A stretch of DNA of 63,778 bases, filler included, from Chrysochromulina tobinii (taxonomy: Eukaryota): NCBI GenBank assembly GCA_001275005.1. It is 8 parts of 8 records of this genome, joined end to end, with 100 filler letters (N's around TTAATTAATTAA, not from the genome) between each part and the next. Parts side by side here need not be neighbours in the genome. Positions count along the whole stretch, not along the records: positions 44,178 to 56,695 come from JWZX01001211.1; positions 56,796 to 60,332 come from JWZX01001215.1; 6 more parts are not named here. The stretch is one strand, 5' to 3'. The position numbers were made by a program, and so were the translations under genes. Each line of letters starts with the position of its first letter. The stretch's first letter is position 1. Positions 46,394 to 57,915 of the stretch are shown piece after piece. The notes beneath the pieces were generated by a model. The model was not told the DNA's origin. It saw only the letters and a list, made by a program, of their open reading frames with translations, and made no database searches.

Positions 46394-49300
46394 TCAAGAG
46401 CTGGGGAGCAAACTGCCACGCACAACCTCGCCGTCCGAGCAGCGCGTCGAGGTGAACTTGGGAAAGTCCTCAAACCCGAGCTCGTGCTGCGCGCCGCCAA
46501 AGTCGGCGAAAAGCATCGTGGGCTTGCCCGGCAGCGCGCCCCAGCTGCCCTTCCCCCAGGGAGTGACGAGAGCTCCGTGTGCCTCGAATCGCAAGCCTTG
46601 CACGCCGCCCCACTGCCCGTCGCGCACTGCCATCACCTTGTGCGCCAGGGCCGCCGAGGGCGAGGCGGCGTCATCGGCGGCACGGTCGCTTGGCTGGCCG
46701 CCCTGCCGGCCGTCGGCTCGGCTCGACGCGCGCTCACCACGGCGCGCGGCACCGCTGCGACCCCACGGCTCGCGCGTGGTTGAGCACTCACGGGGCAGCA
46801 CGGTTTCGTCAGGGTGGATCCAAAAATAGACCGAGTACGCTTCGTCAATGACGTCTTTGAGGGGCATAAAGGTGAAGCCTCGCCCGCGCGGAGGGAGCGC
46901 CCACATCGCGAGGGGGGCGTACGTGGCCGCGGCCGGTGCGAGGCGGAAGGCGCACCACGCCGCGTCGCCGCTGTCGCCATTGTCGTCGCCGCCGCCGCCG
47001 CTGTCGCCGCCGCCACCGCCTTCGCGTGTGTCCTTTGAGGACCCTGTAGGAGTCAGGCGCAGCTGGCCGGACGCGGAGGCACACACGCGGTGGGAGAGAG
47101 CTGCGGATGAATTTGTGGATGCTCGTGTGGCCGCGGTGGCACCGATGGGCTCCTCAGGCCGAATCGAGACCCACCCTGCCTCCTCGCCGGCCGTGAGCAC
47201 CGCACGAAAGCGAGCGCGTGCGGGGATGGCAGCGAGCGGTACGGTGGGGGTGGACGAGTCTCTAGCTCCGCTCGCGACACCGCTCGAGGCAGCGCCTGAG
47301 GCGGCGGCACGGTCAATGACGATGATCGAGAGTTCCGTCGCTGCGGCGTCCTCGGCTGCCACGGCTATGTAAGAACCGGGCTGTGTAAACGGTTCCAAGG
47401 CAAAGGTGCTGCCGCCGCAGATGCTGCCAACCTCGGCGGTGCTCACAGCGCCGGCCGCAGCGCCAACGGCACCGCCGACGGCTTGGCCGTTGAGGCAGAG
47501 GATCCGAAAGGTAGCATCAGGTGAAAGGTGCGTCGAGCGTTGTGGTGGCGCCCCGGCGGCGACCGTGACGCCCAGTGGCCCAGTCGTCACGTACGCGAGC
47601 TCAGCGCCCGGTACAGCGCCCGGTGTGGCCTCAGGGACCTTGCCACCACTCTGGGGTGGTCGGGCTGCATGCACCTGCAGAGACGATCGATAGCCATCAG
47701 TGCTCATCAGTGGCATCCTATGCCTCTCGAGAACAATGTGGGTCAATCAGTGCTCATTAGTGGGTCAATCAGTGCTCATCAGTGGGTCAATCAGTGCTCA
47801 TCAGTGGGTCAATCAGTGCTCATTAGTGGGTCAATCAGTGCTCATCAGTGGGTCAATCAGTGCTCATCAGCGGGTCAATCAGTGCTCATTAGTGGGTCAA
47901 CCAGTGCTCGTCAGTGGGTCAACCAGTGCTCGTCAGTGGGTCAATCGGATCTCGTCGTGCACCTGGAGGGAGCGGAGCTGCGCCTCCGCGTGTTGGGGCA
48001 CGGGCCGCAGCCATTGTTCAAGGTCGGAGGGATCGGCAAGGAGGGCACGCGGACCGAACGTGAGGCCAGCGAGCAAGATGGGACCCGCAAACAGTGCATG
48101 CAGCATCCTATAGCGCGGGCGCGTATCGTTGAGTGCTTCGGAGCGAAGGCCCATCGGAAGCGCCATCGTGAGCGCCTCGTTGATTCTCCACGTCCGTTCG
48201 AGGTGGAGGAAGCTGCCACGGACCGACGAGGAGGGCACTGGATGCGCACCCAGACGCACACTGGGTGGCTCCGTCCCCCCTCGCCCCCAAGCCCATGCCG
48301 GTAGCCGTACACGCAGCGCCACGTGCACCATCGACGTGGGCGCGAGGGGCGTGACCGTCAGTGTGAGCCTGAGCGGTTCGAAGGCACTCAGGCTCCCAGG
48401 CTCATCGACGAGTAACGTCACGTTCGCGTGCGCCTCACGCCAGTGCACACGACTCGCGACGAGCTGCATCACATAGAGCGTTGGAGGCGCCGTATTGGGC
48501 GCACCCGTGGACCCATCGGCTTCACTCACGCGACCTGCCTCCGCCTCCCTTCTTCTTCCGCGTGCCAATCGGAAAAAAGTGGAGTCGCCTAAACGAGCGA
48601 AGGCCTCGAGGCCGGAGCCGACACAGCACCAGAAATCGCCGTGCGGGTGACTCCAGCCGTGCTGCTGCCCGTCATCGTGGGTCGGATGGAGCAAGTCCAT
48701 CTTGGATACACCTGCGCCCAGCGGCAACCAGTAGAGCATCTCGCCCGGCCGCTCGCCGCGCTGCGTACCCAGCACTGAGTTGAAAAGGGACCGCTCGTGA
48801 TACGCAGCGTGCGAGGCCGCCTCGTGCTCCTCAGTGGCTGTCAAGAGGAGCCCCCGACTCAGCCGCATCATGTTGTGGGTGGAGCACGACTCCTGCGTTG
48901 TGCCGGCCCCGGGTGCCACTTGCTCGCCCAGCACGTTTGCTGCCCCCCAATACTCTCCGATCGAGCTGCCCCCCGACGCTAGTGTGCGTGTACGGAGCAG
49001 CAGCTCCACAAAAAAGGCGGTGAGCCGCCGGAAGCGCCCATCGCCCGTGGCCTCAAAGCGCGTGTGAGCTCCAGCGAGTACCGGTAACTGCGTGTTTGCA
49101 TGCGCGTGGCTCAGGCCATCCACACGTGCCCCGAGCGGTCCGAGCAGGCAGGGCCGATCAAACAAGGAAGCCGTGGAGCGTAGGTGAGCCCTCTGCCACG
49201 TGTCGCGCGCCTCGGCCCACGCTGCAGCCTCCTCCGCCGCTGCCGCAGCAGCATCGGTCGCCGCTCCCGCTGCATCGGTGACGACCGTGACATCGACGGC

Positions 49301-50585
49301 TGCGCCCGTTGGTGCGGCGGCGCGGGCGGCGCCGTCGCGGGCGGCCTCGAGCTTCCGACCAAGCGCATAAAGCTTCCACAGCACGTCATTCATACCCCCA
49401 AACTCTTTATTGAGACTCTTCCAATGATGCTCGAGCGATCGTGTCGTGAGCACGTTCTGAACGCGCCGGTGGACGTACCCGGCGAGGCGCAGCGCGATGG
49501 CGAGGGCCACTCGGTTGCCGACGAGCTCATACTGGTCCAGCAGACCCTGCCAAGAAGTGATCGTCCGAAGCACTCGAAGGTACTCAGTGGCACTCGGTGG
49601 CACTCGGTGGCACTCGGTGGCACTCGGTGGCACTGAGAGGCACTCAGAGGTATTCAGTGGCACTGAGAGGCACTCAGAGGTATTCAGTGGCACTGAGAGG
49701 CACTCAGAGGTATTCAGTGGCACTTACATCGGAGGCGATCAGAGGAGTCCACTCACCTGCAGCAGCTTGTGGGTCGTGTAGTAGGGCGCCCACACGGGCT
49801 TGAGAGCTTCGACACGATCCAGGAACGAGTCTGGGAAGGCAGCGAGCCAGCCATTCTCGGAGCGCGCCTGGCATTCTCGGAGCGTCTCGATGACCGAGGC
49901 CATTGACGAAGCGAGCGACGGGTCGCGTGTACTCGCCCACGACGATGCGGATGCAGAGAGCCAATGGCCAAGGATGTGCCCGCGCAGCTCCGAGCCTGGG
50001 TGCTCCCACCCGCTGAGAACACGACGAGCATGCAGTGGGAATCATTGAGAATCGGTGGGAATCGGTGGCATTCAGTGTCGACCAGCGGTACCTTAAGGGC
50101 TTGACGCCGGGTGGCTGGGCGAGACCTGCGTTCTGGCGCCACGCGTAGAGTAAGCTGTCCGTTGAGAGCGAGAGCAGGTAGCGCCGGTTGGTCGCGGTCG
50201 CGCGCGCCACGTGCGTACGGCCGAGCAGCTCGAGGTCGTGAAGCGAAAAGGGCTCGAGGCGGCGCAGCTCAGGCACCAGTCCGCCCCCCGCGCCGTCATC
50301 CGCCTCAGGTAGCAGCTCGATGGCCGTCAGCGAGGTCGTGGGCTGATCCACATTCCAGTGCGGCCCGGCGTTCGCGCACGAGAGGCTGACGACCCTTTCG
50401 GAGGCTGGCGTGACGGCGTCGTCCGTTGTGATGACCGTAGAGACCTGCACAAAGGGGCTTCGGAACGGCCGCACGACTCGTGGCTGCGATGGAGCACTTG
50501 CAGTCGACTGCAAACATATGAATAGCGTCATGCAGGCGAGGAGGAGGAGCAGCAGCAGCGGAGTTGATGATGGCATGCGCGGCAT
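46394..50585 (-). CDS. GH127/GH146-like glycoside hydrolase (beta-L-arabinofuranosidase-like), 4 exons; introns 50013-50091, 49547-49756, 47675-47962
   Basis: GWE..SELRGH..GHWLSA, VWAPYYTTHKLLQGLLDQY, EFGGMNDVL, HANTQLP, ESCSTHNM, FWCCVGSGLE; GT-AG junctions keep the frame. Confidence 0.9.
47690..47945. repeat. Intronic 22-nt tandem array (GTCAATCAGTGCTCATCAGTGG, ~11 copies)
   Basis: Directly visible inside intron 3 of the glycosidase. Confidence 0.95.
49570..49725. repeat. Intronic 10-nt and 30-nt tandem arrays
   Basis: CACTCGGTGG repeats plus three CACTGAGAGGCACTCAGAGGTATTCAGTGG units. Confidence 0.95.
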
Positions 50586-50980
50586 ACGAAGCTGTTCCGG
50601 ACACACACTCCCTTGAGTCGGCCGCCGTGTGGGCCGTGGTGAGGCCGAGGGTTATGCGAGCGAGCATGCTGACGCGCGGTTTTCGTGTGAACGTTAACAC
50701 GTCCCTTGACAGAGGTGATTAACGTTATCTTTTCAGATCCCAACGTCAAGTTAAGTGCATAAACAAGGCTTCTAAAAGATCATCTATCTCGAAGATCTCG
50801 CGCTCACCCACCTCGCCTCTTGTGTAATGTGTGGTATAGATACACTCAACTCGGTTCTCAACCACCTCAGCTGAGCTCAGACTCCCCGTTCTGCACTGTC
50901 CGGTCGGGTAGCTTGTTCTCAGCAGATAAAACTCACTCACTCCACGCTTAAGAGTCGTCTCGACACTCGAGACACGACGC

Positions 50981-53560
50981 TCAGCTGCTCCCACCCGAGA
51001 GCTCCAAACGCATTTTGTGTCCGCGCGCGGTCGCCACCTCGGCCGCAAAGCCGACAGCAGGCTGCAAGTTGAGCACAGCGTGTCCCCAGTGGTCAGGTAC
51101 GTAGAGCACGTCGCCCGGCTGCTGCACGCACTCGAACACGGCGCGCCCCTCAGCTCGCAATCTCGCCGGCCCACCGAGCGCGTGCCAGCGGCGCACGGGC
51201 GTCGCCGAGTACACCGCATCGCGAGGCGGCAGTAACGTCCAGTGTTTTCGGCCGTAGACGAGTGTGTTGAGGGCGGCCATGTGGTAATGCATCGGCGAGC
51301 CTGCCGAGATCATCAGAGGTCATCAGAGATCGTCAGAGATCGTCAGAGGTCATCAGCGGTCATCAGAGGTCATCAGAGGTCGTCAGAGGTCGTCAGAGGT
51401 CGTCAGCGGTCAACAGAGGTCATCATCGGTCATAAGAGGCCATCAGAGGCCATCAGAGGCCATCAGAGGCAAATAGAGGCTAGCAGTGGCGATCAGAGGC
51501 AATCAGCGCGCACCCGAGCCCGCGGGACCGATCGAGAACTGCATCGACGCGCGGTAGTGCAAATGTTTCAACTCGAGAGCATCACGTATCAGTGGCGGCA
51601 GCTGCGCCGCGAGCGCCGTCTCGAGCGCCGCGTGCAGCTCTGAGTCCGAGGCGTAAAGCCCGACGAAGAGGTAATCTGCGTGCTGCTGGGGTGACTGCTG
51701 CTGCTGCGGCTGCGGCTGCTGTTCCTGCTCCTGCTGCTGCTCCTGCTGTGGAGGCAGCTGCGGCTGCTGCTGCTGCTGTGGAGACAGCTGCGGCTGCTGC
51801 TCGCGCGTCGAGCCCGGATTGTCCGCTACCGCCGCCGCAAACTGCCCCAGCGTCGTCTTCCGCTTAGCCGCTGCCTCGTAGTACGGTGCCGCGCCCACCT
51901 CAATGGGCATCGTCCCAAATTCGGACGTGAGGGCTTGGCGCGAGAGCAGCGAACGGAGAGGCGCCCAGGAGGAGCCTGTGCCGTTGCGGATCAGGACAGG
52001 TCGTTCGGGCACGACGTATCTGTACGCAGAGGCACTCGAAGGGGCCATTTATGGAGGCCATCTGGGGCCATCTTTGAGCCCATCACGAGGTGCGGACGAG
52101 AGCAATCAATAGATGGCCATCACGAGGTGAGGACGAGGGCAATCAATAGATGGCCATCACGAGGTGAGGACGAGGGCAATCAATAGCCTCAGGCGCGCAG
52201 CAGAGAGGACCACGCACCGTTGTGCGAACGTGCCCGCATCGAGCAGTGTACCGTCCTCAATGGGAAGGGAGCACCACACGTTGCCCTCGTGCTCCTCCTC
52301 GTCATCGTCCGCGTCGTCGTCCTCCTCCTCCTCCTCCGTCGCCTCTTTCTCTGCTGTCCCGAGTTGCAGCGGCGTCGTCGTCGTTGTATGCGGCGTCGGA
52401 ATGCGCTCGGCTTCGAGGCTCAACCCCCACCCGCCATTGTCGCCGAGCGGCACGGAGGCTACCTTCGTCGGCTCTGCATCTGCCATCGCTGCCCCCGCCG
52501 CAACAAACGCCCTTGCCGCCGCCGCCGTCGCCGCCGCCGCCGCGTTCGGGTCTGGCATCGAGGCGGCGGCAAGGGCCGCTATCGCCCCAGCCCCCTCAGG
52601 ATACCCTCGCGAGATGGCGAGCGCCGCCGGCGTGACGCCCGACGGCGTGCCGAGCGTGCGCAGCTGCGCCAGCACCTGCTCGGCGGGCAGTGCGGACGCC
52701 ACGTCACGTACGAGCCGCGCGTCGCCGTAGTGCGCGAGCAGGTGCATGAGCGTAAACTCATCCACGTGGCGTCGCGAGCCGTCCGCGCCGGCGGCGACGA
52801 GCGCGCTCGCGGCGTGCTGGTGCACGGCGCACTGCGCCACGAAGCCCGCCGTCACGGCACGCGGCAGAGTGAGCGTCTCCGCGGCGCTCGCCACGGCGGC
52901 CTCGAGGGCACGACTTGACTCGCTCTCACCTGGAAGCCGCACAATGAGAGTGGTCATCAGCGGCCATCAGTGGTCATCAGCGGTCAACATCAGTGGCTAT
53001 CAACGGCGTCGAGGGCGCGACTCGACTCGCTCACCGCCGCAGACTCGCCCAAGGCTCTGCGCGTGTGCGAGGCCAGCGCCCCTCTGCACGCTGCGGAGGA
53101 GCTCGCGCGCAATCTGGGTCGCAAACGCCTCGAGGTGGAGCGTGAGCGCCAGCAGGCCGTACGAGCGCACGGCCGCGTCGACTGCATCGCTCTTGTGTCC
53201 CGCCGCGTGCACCTTCCGCAGCGTCGCCTCGACCATCCAGCTCGTGCCCTTGGCGATGCGCCCAGTACTAACAGCTGCCTCGCTCGCAGCGTTGGCCAGA
53301 TGTGGTGAATCTGCGTGCGTGCGCGCAAATAATTCCGCGCGCACGAGATCTGCTGCCAGAGTGCTCACGAGGTCAGCAGAGGGAGTGCCACTGCCGCGAG
53401 CCGCAGGAAGCGACGCTGGTGTCGACTGTCGCTGAAAGTAGTAGCCAAGGCCGATGGCAAGCAGTGCAGGCACGGCTAACGCCAGCCAGAGCGAAAAGCT
53501 GTGGCCGAGAGGCGCACGACCTGCGTGCGGTTTCGCGCCAACATGCTGCTTGCGCCCCAT
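50981..53560 (-). CDS. Membrane-anchored ankyrin-like plus JmjC (JMJD8-like, HxH) protein, 4 exons; introns 52930-53034, 52020-52217, 51301-51513
   Basis: N-terminal TM LWLALAVPALLAIGLGYYF; ankyrin-like TLMHLLAHYG and GVTPAALA; YVVPERPVLIR; GPAGSGSPMHYH..NTLVYGRKHW..QQPGDVLYVPDHWGHAVLN; splice phases are consistent. Confidence 0.85.
51308..51505. repeat. Intronic 10-nt tandem array (CATCAGAGGT variants)
   Basis: Directly visible. Confidence 0.95.
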
Positions 53561-53869
53561 ATGAATTAGAAAACACGTGTCACCTCTCCTACCGGTACCC
53601 CCCTCCTCTCTCTCTAGATCTACATTGCGTTGCACTCACCTTGAATTGATTTGTCAAAAAGCAAAGCATTACGGACTTTGAGGCAACTTTGGACAAAGCA
53701 AGCCCAGGAGAGATCTCGTGCGATCTCGTCATACTTTCCGAAAAAGGTCGGGAATCGTGCAGAGAATCGCGTGTTACAGAGGTCCGTCACACTGCAGCCT
53801 GACATTTTCTTTGTTCCCTCTGCCGTGTTACACGTCCAGCCCTATTTCACCGCGAACCGCGAACGGACG

Positions 53870-55183
53870 ATGGCGGATTTAACCATTGATGATCTGACCG
53901 AGATGATGGTCCTGCTCGACAAGGACGGCAACCAGGACGTCTGTAAGGAAGAGTTCAAGGAGTACTGCGAGAGCACGATGGGAATCTCATCGGACGCCTT
54001 TGAGAAGATGTGGAACATGATTGACTGCAACGGCGACGGGAACCTGCAATTCAGCGAGTTGTGCGAGTACTTTGGCGTGAGTGTCAGTGATGCCGAGGCG
54101 GGCGCCAAGGCCAAGAAGCAGATGTCCGACGAAGACATCCTGGTGATGCTCGAGCTCTCAACCAAGATGTTCGAGGAGAAGGAGAAGGTGAAGGCGGCAG
54201 AGGCGGAGAAGAAGAGGCTCACGCTGTCCAGGCGCACCGGCGCCTGCGCGCGCGTGGGCGTGACCGTCATCAACAGCTCTGGACAGCAGCTTTGGCAGCG
54301 AGCTCGCAGCTCTGGCAGCGACAGCAGCTCTGGCAACGAGAGCGATTTTCTCGAAGCGTGCGAGATGATCGAGCCGAAGGTGGACCGCGAGAAGGCGATG
54401 GCGCTGTTGGGGTGGAAACCGTCGGCGGACCCGGACGTGATTGGCACATGGGAGACGCCCCAGGTGAGCGTGCGCATCAGCGGGCCCACAAGCGAGATGC
54501 CGCTGCACAAGCTCGCACGTAACCACGAGTTCCAGATGGTCCAGCGCGTGTACGAGATTGTGCTCAACGATCCCAAGAACGGCAAGGACATCGCGATAGC
54601 GGACATGAACTCGCAGAACAAGGACGGCAAGACGCCGCTCATGATCGCCGTCGAGGGCAACATTGCCTACCTCAACTCCATCGATGGTAAGGCGGACAAG
54701 ATCAAAAAGTACCGCGAAAAGCAAGTCAAGACAGTCGATGTCATCCTGAGCTGCACGGCCGACATGTATGCCGAGTCCACCACCAACAATTGGAACGTGC
54801 TGCACTGCGCCGCGCATGGCGGCAGCTATGAGGCTGCGCAGTCCATCTTCAAGTACATGGTTCAGCACGCCTTCACCGCCCTCGCCGTACGCATGCTCGT
54901 CAACCACCAGGATAAGGATGGGCGCACGCCGCTGCACGTTGCGGCCATGCGTTGCGACCAGGCCTCGCTGGATCTTCCCTTTGTGCAGCTGCTTCTCAAC
55001 AAGGGCGCGGACCCGCTCATCAAGGACCTACGAGGCCTCACCCCCGCCGCACTCGCCGAGAAGGCGAACCGTCCGAACGCCAAAGCCATGCTCGACAAGG
55101 CAGCGGAGGCGGAGCTAGCGCAGCGCGCGGCCTACCGGAGCCGTTCGCGTTCGATGTCACGCGAACTGCCCACCGGCGTGTAG
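53870..55183 (+). CDS. EF-hand plus ankyrin-repeat protein
   Basis: DKDGNQDVCKEE, DCNGDGNLQFSE; GKTPLMIA, WNVLHCAA, GRTPLHVAA, LLLNKGADP. Confidence 0.9.
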   Translation: MADLTIDDLTEMMVLLDKDGNQDVCKEEFKEYCESTMGISSDAFEKMWNMIDCNGDGNLQFSELCEYFGVSVSDAEAGAKAKKQMSDEDILVMLELSTKMFEEKEKVKAAEAEKKRLTLSRRTGACARVGVTVINSSGQQLWQRARSSGSDSSSGNESDFLEACEMIEPKVDREKAMALLGWKPSADPDVIGTWETPQVSVRISGPTSEMPLHKLARNHEFQMVQRVYEIVLNDPKNGKDIAIADMNSQNKDGKTPLMIAVEGNIAYLNSIDGKADKIKKYREKQVKTVDVILSCTADMYAESTTNNWNVLHCAAHGGSYEAAQSIFKYMVQHAFTALAVRMLVNHQDKDGRTPLHVAAMRCDQASLDLPFVQLLLNKGADPLIKDLRGLTPAALAEKANRPNAKAMLDKAAEAELAQRAAYRSRSRSMSRELPTGV

Positions 55184-55736
55184 GCGTTCCCACAGGGGAG
55201 TATCCCGAGGCAGGGAGTTCTCCCGACTCCCGCAGGGAAGGCTGCTGAGGCTACAGGCTTCGCTCGTCGCCGCCGAGGGCACGGCGACGGTATGCTGCAT
55301 GTGAGAAGTGTGCCCTGCAGGAGTGAGGAGAGGCGGCACCCACGGTAGCATGCTGGGCTCGAGCTTCGCCTGGACGTGGGCCTGGCTCTCTCTCGCACGT
55401 CTCTCACTAGCGTGCATGGCAGTTTCATGTGTCATGATGTAGTTGATGTCATCTTGATTGTACTGTTGATGTCGTGACGTCATGAGGCCGCAGCGTCCCA
55501 TGTGTACACTCCCACCCTGTGCAGCGTGGTCCGTGTGCGGTGTGCGCCACCCTAGACCCTTCACTTTTTATTGACTTGACTTGACTTTATAATGGGGAGA
55601 ATCTAACTGCCGGTTTCAACAAGAAACACTTCGCGTCTTTTCTCCCAAATCGGACTCCCATTCAGGACTCCGAAACACCCTCCTTCAGCCACCGGTTTTG
55701 ATCCACCCGCAGGTTGCTTTTCGGGTCCTTATCAGC

Positions 55737-56146
55737 ATGGCGTACTCTAAATTCGCCCTGGGCGACGGCGACAGCGACTCTGATTGGGGAGATTTGTCGT
55801 CCGAGTGCAGCAGTGACTCAGACGACAGCGATGACAGCGATTGCGACGTGTTTGGGAGCCGCAGTGGTGTGCTGGACATCACACTCTTCCCAGTCTGACT
55901 CACGATGATGCCTGACTGACCTCATGTGTGCGTCTCTCGTCTGCAACAGGACCCGCTCGCGTGCACACAGAGCAGCGCATGCTTGCGTGCCTGGCCCAAA
56001 GGAAGCGCCTAGTCGCTGCGCTCATCCTCTTTGACACGGAGCTGGGATGCCATCGGACATCCCGGGGTGCCAACGTGCCTGTTCCAGACTTCAGCTGGGA
56101 CGAGCATGTGCAACGCTTGAGCGAGGCTCAGTTCAAGTTGCGTTAT
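55737..56146 (+). pseudogene. Possible decayed PIF/Harbinger-like transposase N-terminal fragment
   Basis: Acidic leader, then FSWDEHVQRLSEAQFKLRY, resembling the F..R(Y/F)R motif preceding the Harbinger HTH; ends abruptly at a Gln-rich tract. No catalytic core. Confidence 0.3.
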
Positions 56147-56380
56147 CCGTGGCGCAACAGCAAGCGCAGCTGAACGCGCAACAGCAGGCGCAGCAGCACG
56201 CGCAACAGCTTGCGCAGGAACGAGCGCAGCTACAGGCGCAGCAGCAGCAGCCGCAGGCGCAGCAACAGCAGCTGGCACGACAGCAAGCAGACGCACAAAC
56301 AACAGCACAGCGACAGGCCCAACAGCACGCAACAGCGCAGTAGTGTCAGAAAGCATCGACGACGGAGCTACACGCGCAGC

Positions 56381-56695
56381 TCAGTAGTAAAGGTGGAGAG
56401 GTTGGCGACTCACAGGCTGCATGACGTGCTTACGTGAGAAAATCGAAACCGCGACATGATTTTTGCGAGCCTTTTCCGAAAAAGTCAAGAGAAACCACAA
56501 AAGGCTTTCATTTTTTTGCGTAAGACTGTTGTGGTTTCGCTTTGCAGCGTGAGTTTTAGGGCAGCACGCAACTCGCTGCACGCACTTGAAAGTGTGTGCG
56601 CATCGTTTCAGTAGTAAAGGTGGAGAGGTTGGCGACTCACAGGCTGCATGACGTGCTTACGTGAGAAAATTGAAACCGCGACATGATTTTTGCGA
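56381..56695. repeat. ~88-bp direct repeat (56381-56468 and 56608-56695)
   Basis: TCAGTAGTAAAGGTGGAGAGG...ATGATTTTTGCGA occurs twice, 227 nt apart. Confidence 0.9.
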
Positions 56696-56795
56696 NNNNN
56701 NNNNNNNNNNNNNNNNNNNNNNNNNNNNNNNNNNNNNNNTTAATTAATTAANNNNNNNNNNNNNNNNNNNNNNNNNNNNNNNNNNNNNNNNNNNN
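56696..56795. other. Artificial contig spacer
   Basis: N44-TTAATTAATTAA-N44. Confidence 0.98.
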
Positions 56796-57855
56796 GGCCG
56801 TAGACGTTGGCGCCCCAGCACTTGAGGAGCGCGCTGCTCGTCACGTACGCGCACGTGTGGGATTCTCCGAGCGCCAGCAGCCCGACGGCGCCGCCGACGT
56901 CGATCGTGGTCGGGGTGTTGCGATTGGTCGTCGTGCCGTCGCCGAGCTGGCCGTAGTCGTTCCTGCCCCAGCACTTGAGGAGCGCGCTGTTCGTCACGTA
57001 CGCGCACGTTTGAAAGCCTCCGAGCGCCAGCAGGGTAGACTGGCTTGTTAGCTTCCGTCCATGCCTCACGACGAGCTCCTTCGAAGGTGACGGCTTGGGC
57101 GAAGGAGAGCGCCTCGCGTCGTGTTGAGAGCGTCTCAACGGGATCGAGGGTGATCGCCTCGGTAGCGAGGGCCGTGGCAGCGGCGGCGGTGACGGTAGCT
57201 CCGGCGCTGGCGATGGTGGCGATGGCGGCAAGGTCGCAGGCGGCGGTGTCGGGGCTGGGGCCGATACGTACCGGGGTGGCTTGGGTGGGGGCATCGGTGG
57301 CGGCTTGGGTGGGGGCTTCCGTGGAGGCTTGGGGGGGGACATCGGTGGGGGTGGCGGTAGCGCCGGGCGGGATGGCGGGCGCGGCGGGCGCGGGCGCAGA
57401 GGAGGAGGCGACGGCAGCTGTGGCGGCGGCGGCAACGGCACAGAAACAACCCGATGAGCACCAATCCCGTCACCATCGGGCCCTGTCGGTGCCATGGCAC
57501 TCACGTGCGGGATGAAGAGCACGAGGAAGGCCCATCCGATGAGCATGTCAAGGCCAAGCCACTTCGGCCTCCAGCAAACGGCGAAGCCGAGCGACCCCAG
57601 CCTGAGCAGTACGTTGCCAAACTCGAGCCACATGTACATGTCCCAGTCCGACGCTGACTGCGACGACGGGGGCGGTGATGGGAATTGCACGCCGCAGCCG
57701 ATGCATTCGGTGCCGTCGGCGCAGATCGGGTACCCGGCGTCAGGGCCGATGTCATCGCAGTCGCCGTCGGAGGCGCGGTTGCACGGATACGTGCAGCGTA
57801 TTTGCGCGCCGGTGAAGCCCACCATCAGGGCGGCGACTAAAAGCAGGACGACCAC
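56796..57855 (-). CDS. Secreted or membrane protein with Cys-rich module, Pro-rich linker and RCC1-like repeats; 3'-truncated, start uncertain
   Basis: LKCWGRNDYGQLGDGTTTNRNTP and ALGESHTCA (RCC1/BLIP-II repeats); C..C..DGDCDD.GP..C..G..C..CG module. Confidence 0.75.
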
Positions 57856-57915
57856 CCCCCCGGGGCTCTGCCTCCGTCAACCATCGCTCATCACGGCGCC
57901 TGCGCTTCCCCACAG

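Noticed and set aside
47690..47945. 22-nt repeat array as a CRISPR array
   Set aside because: Head-to-tail repeats without unique spacers, inside a spliceosomal intron, with no cas genes.
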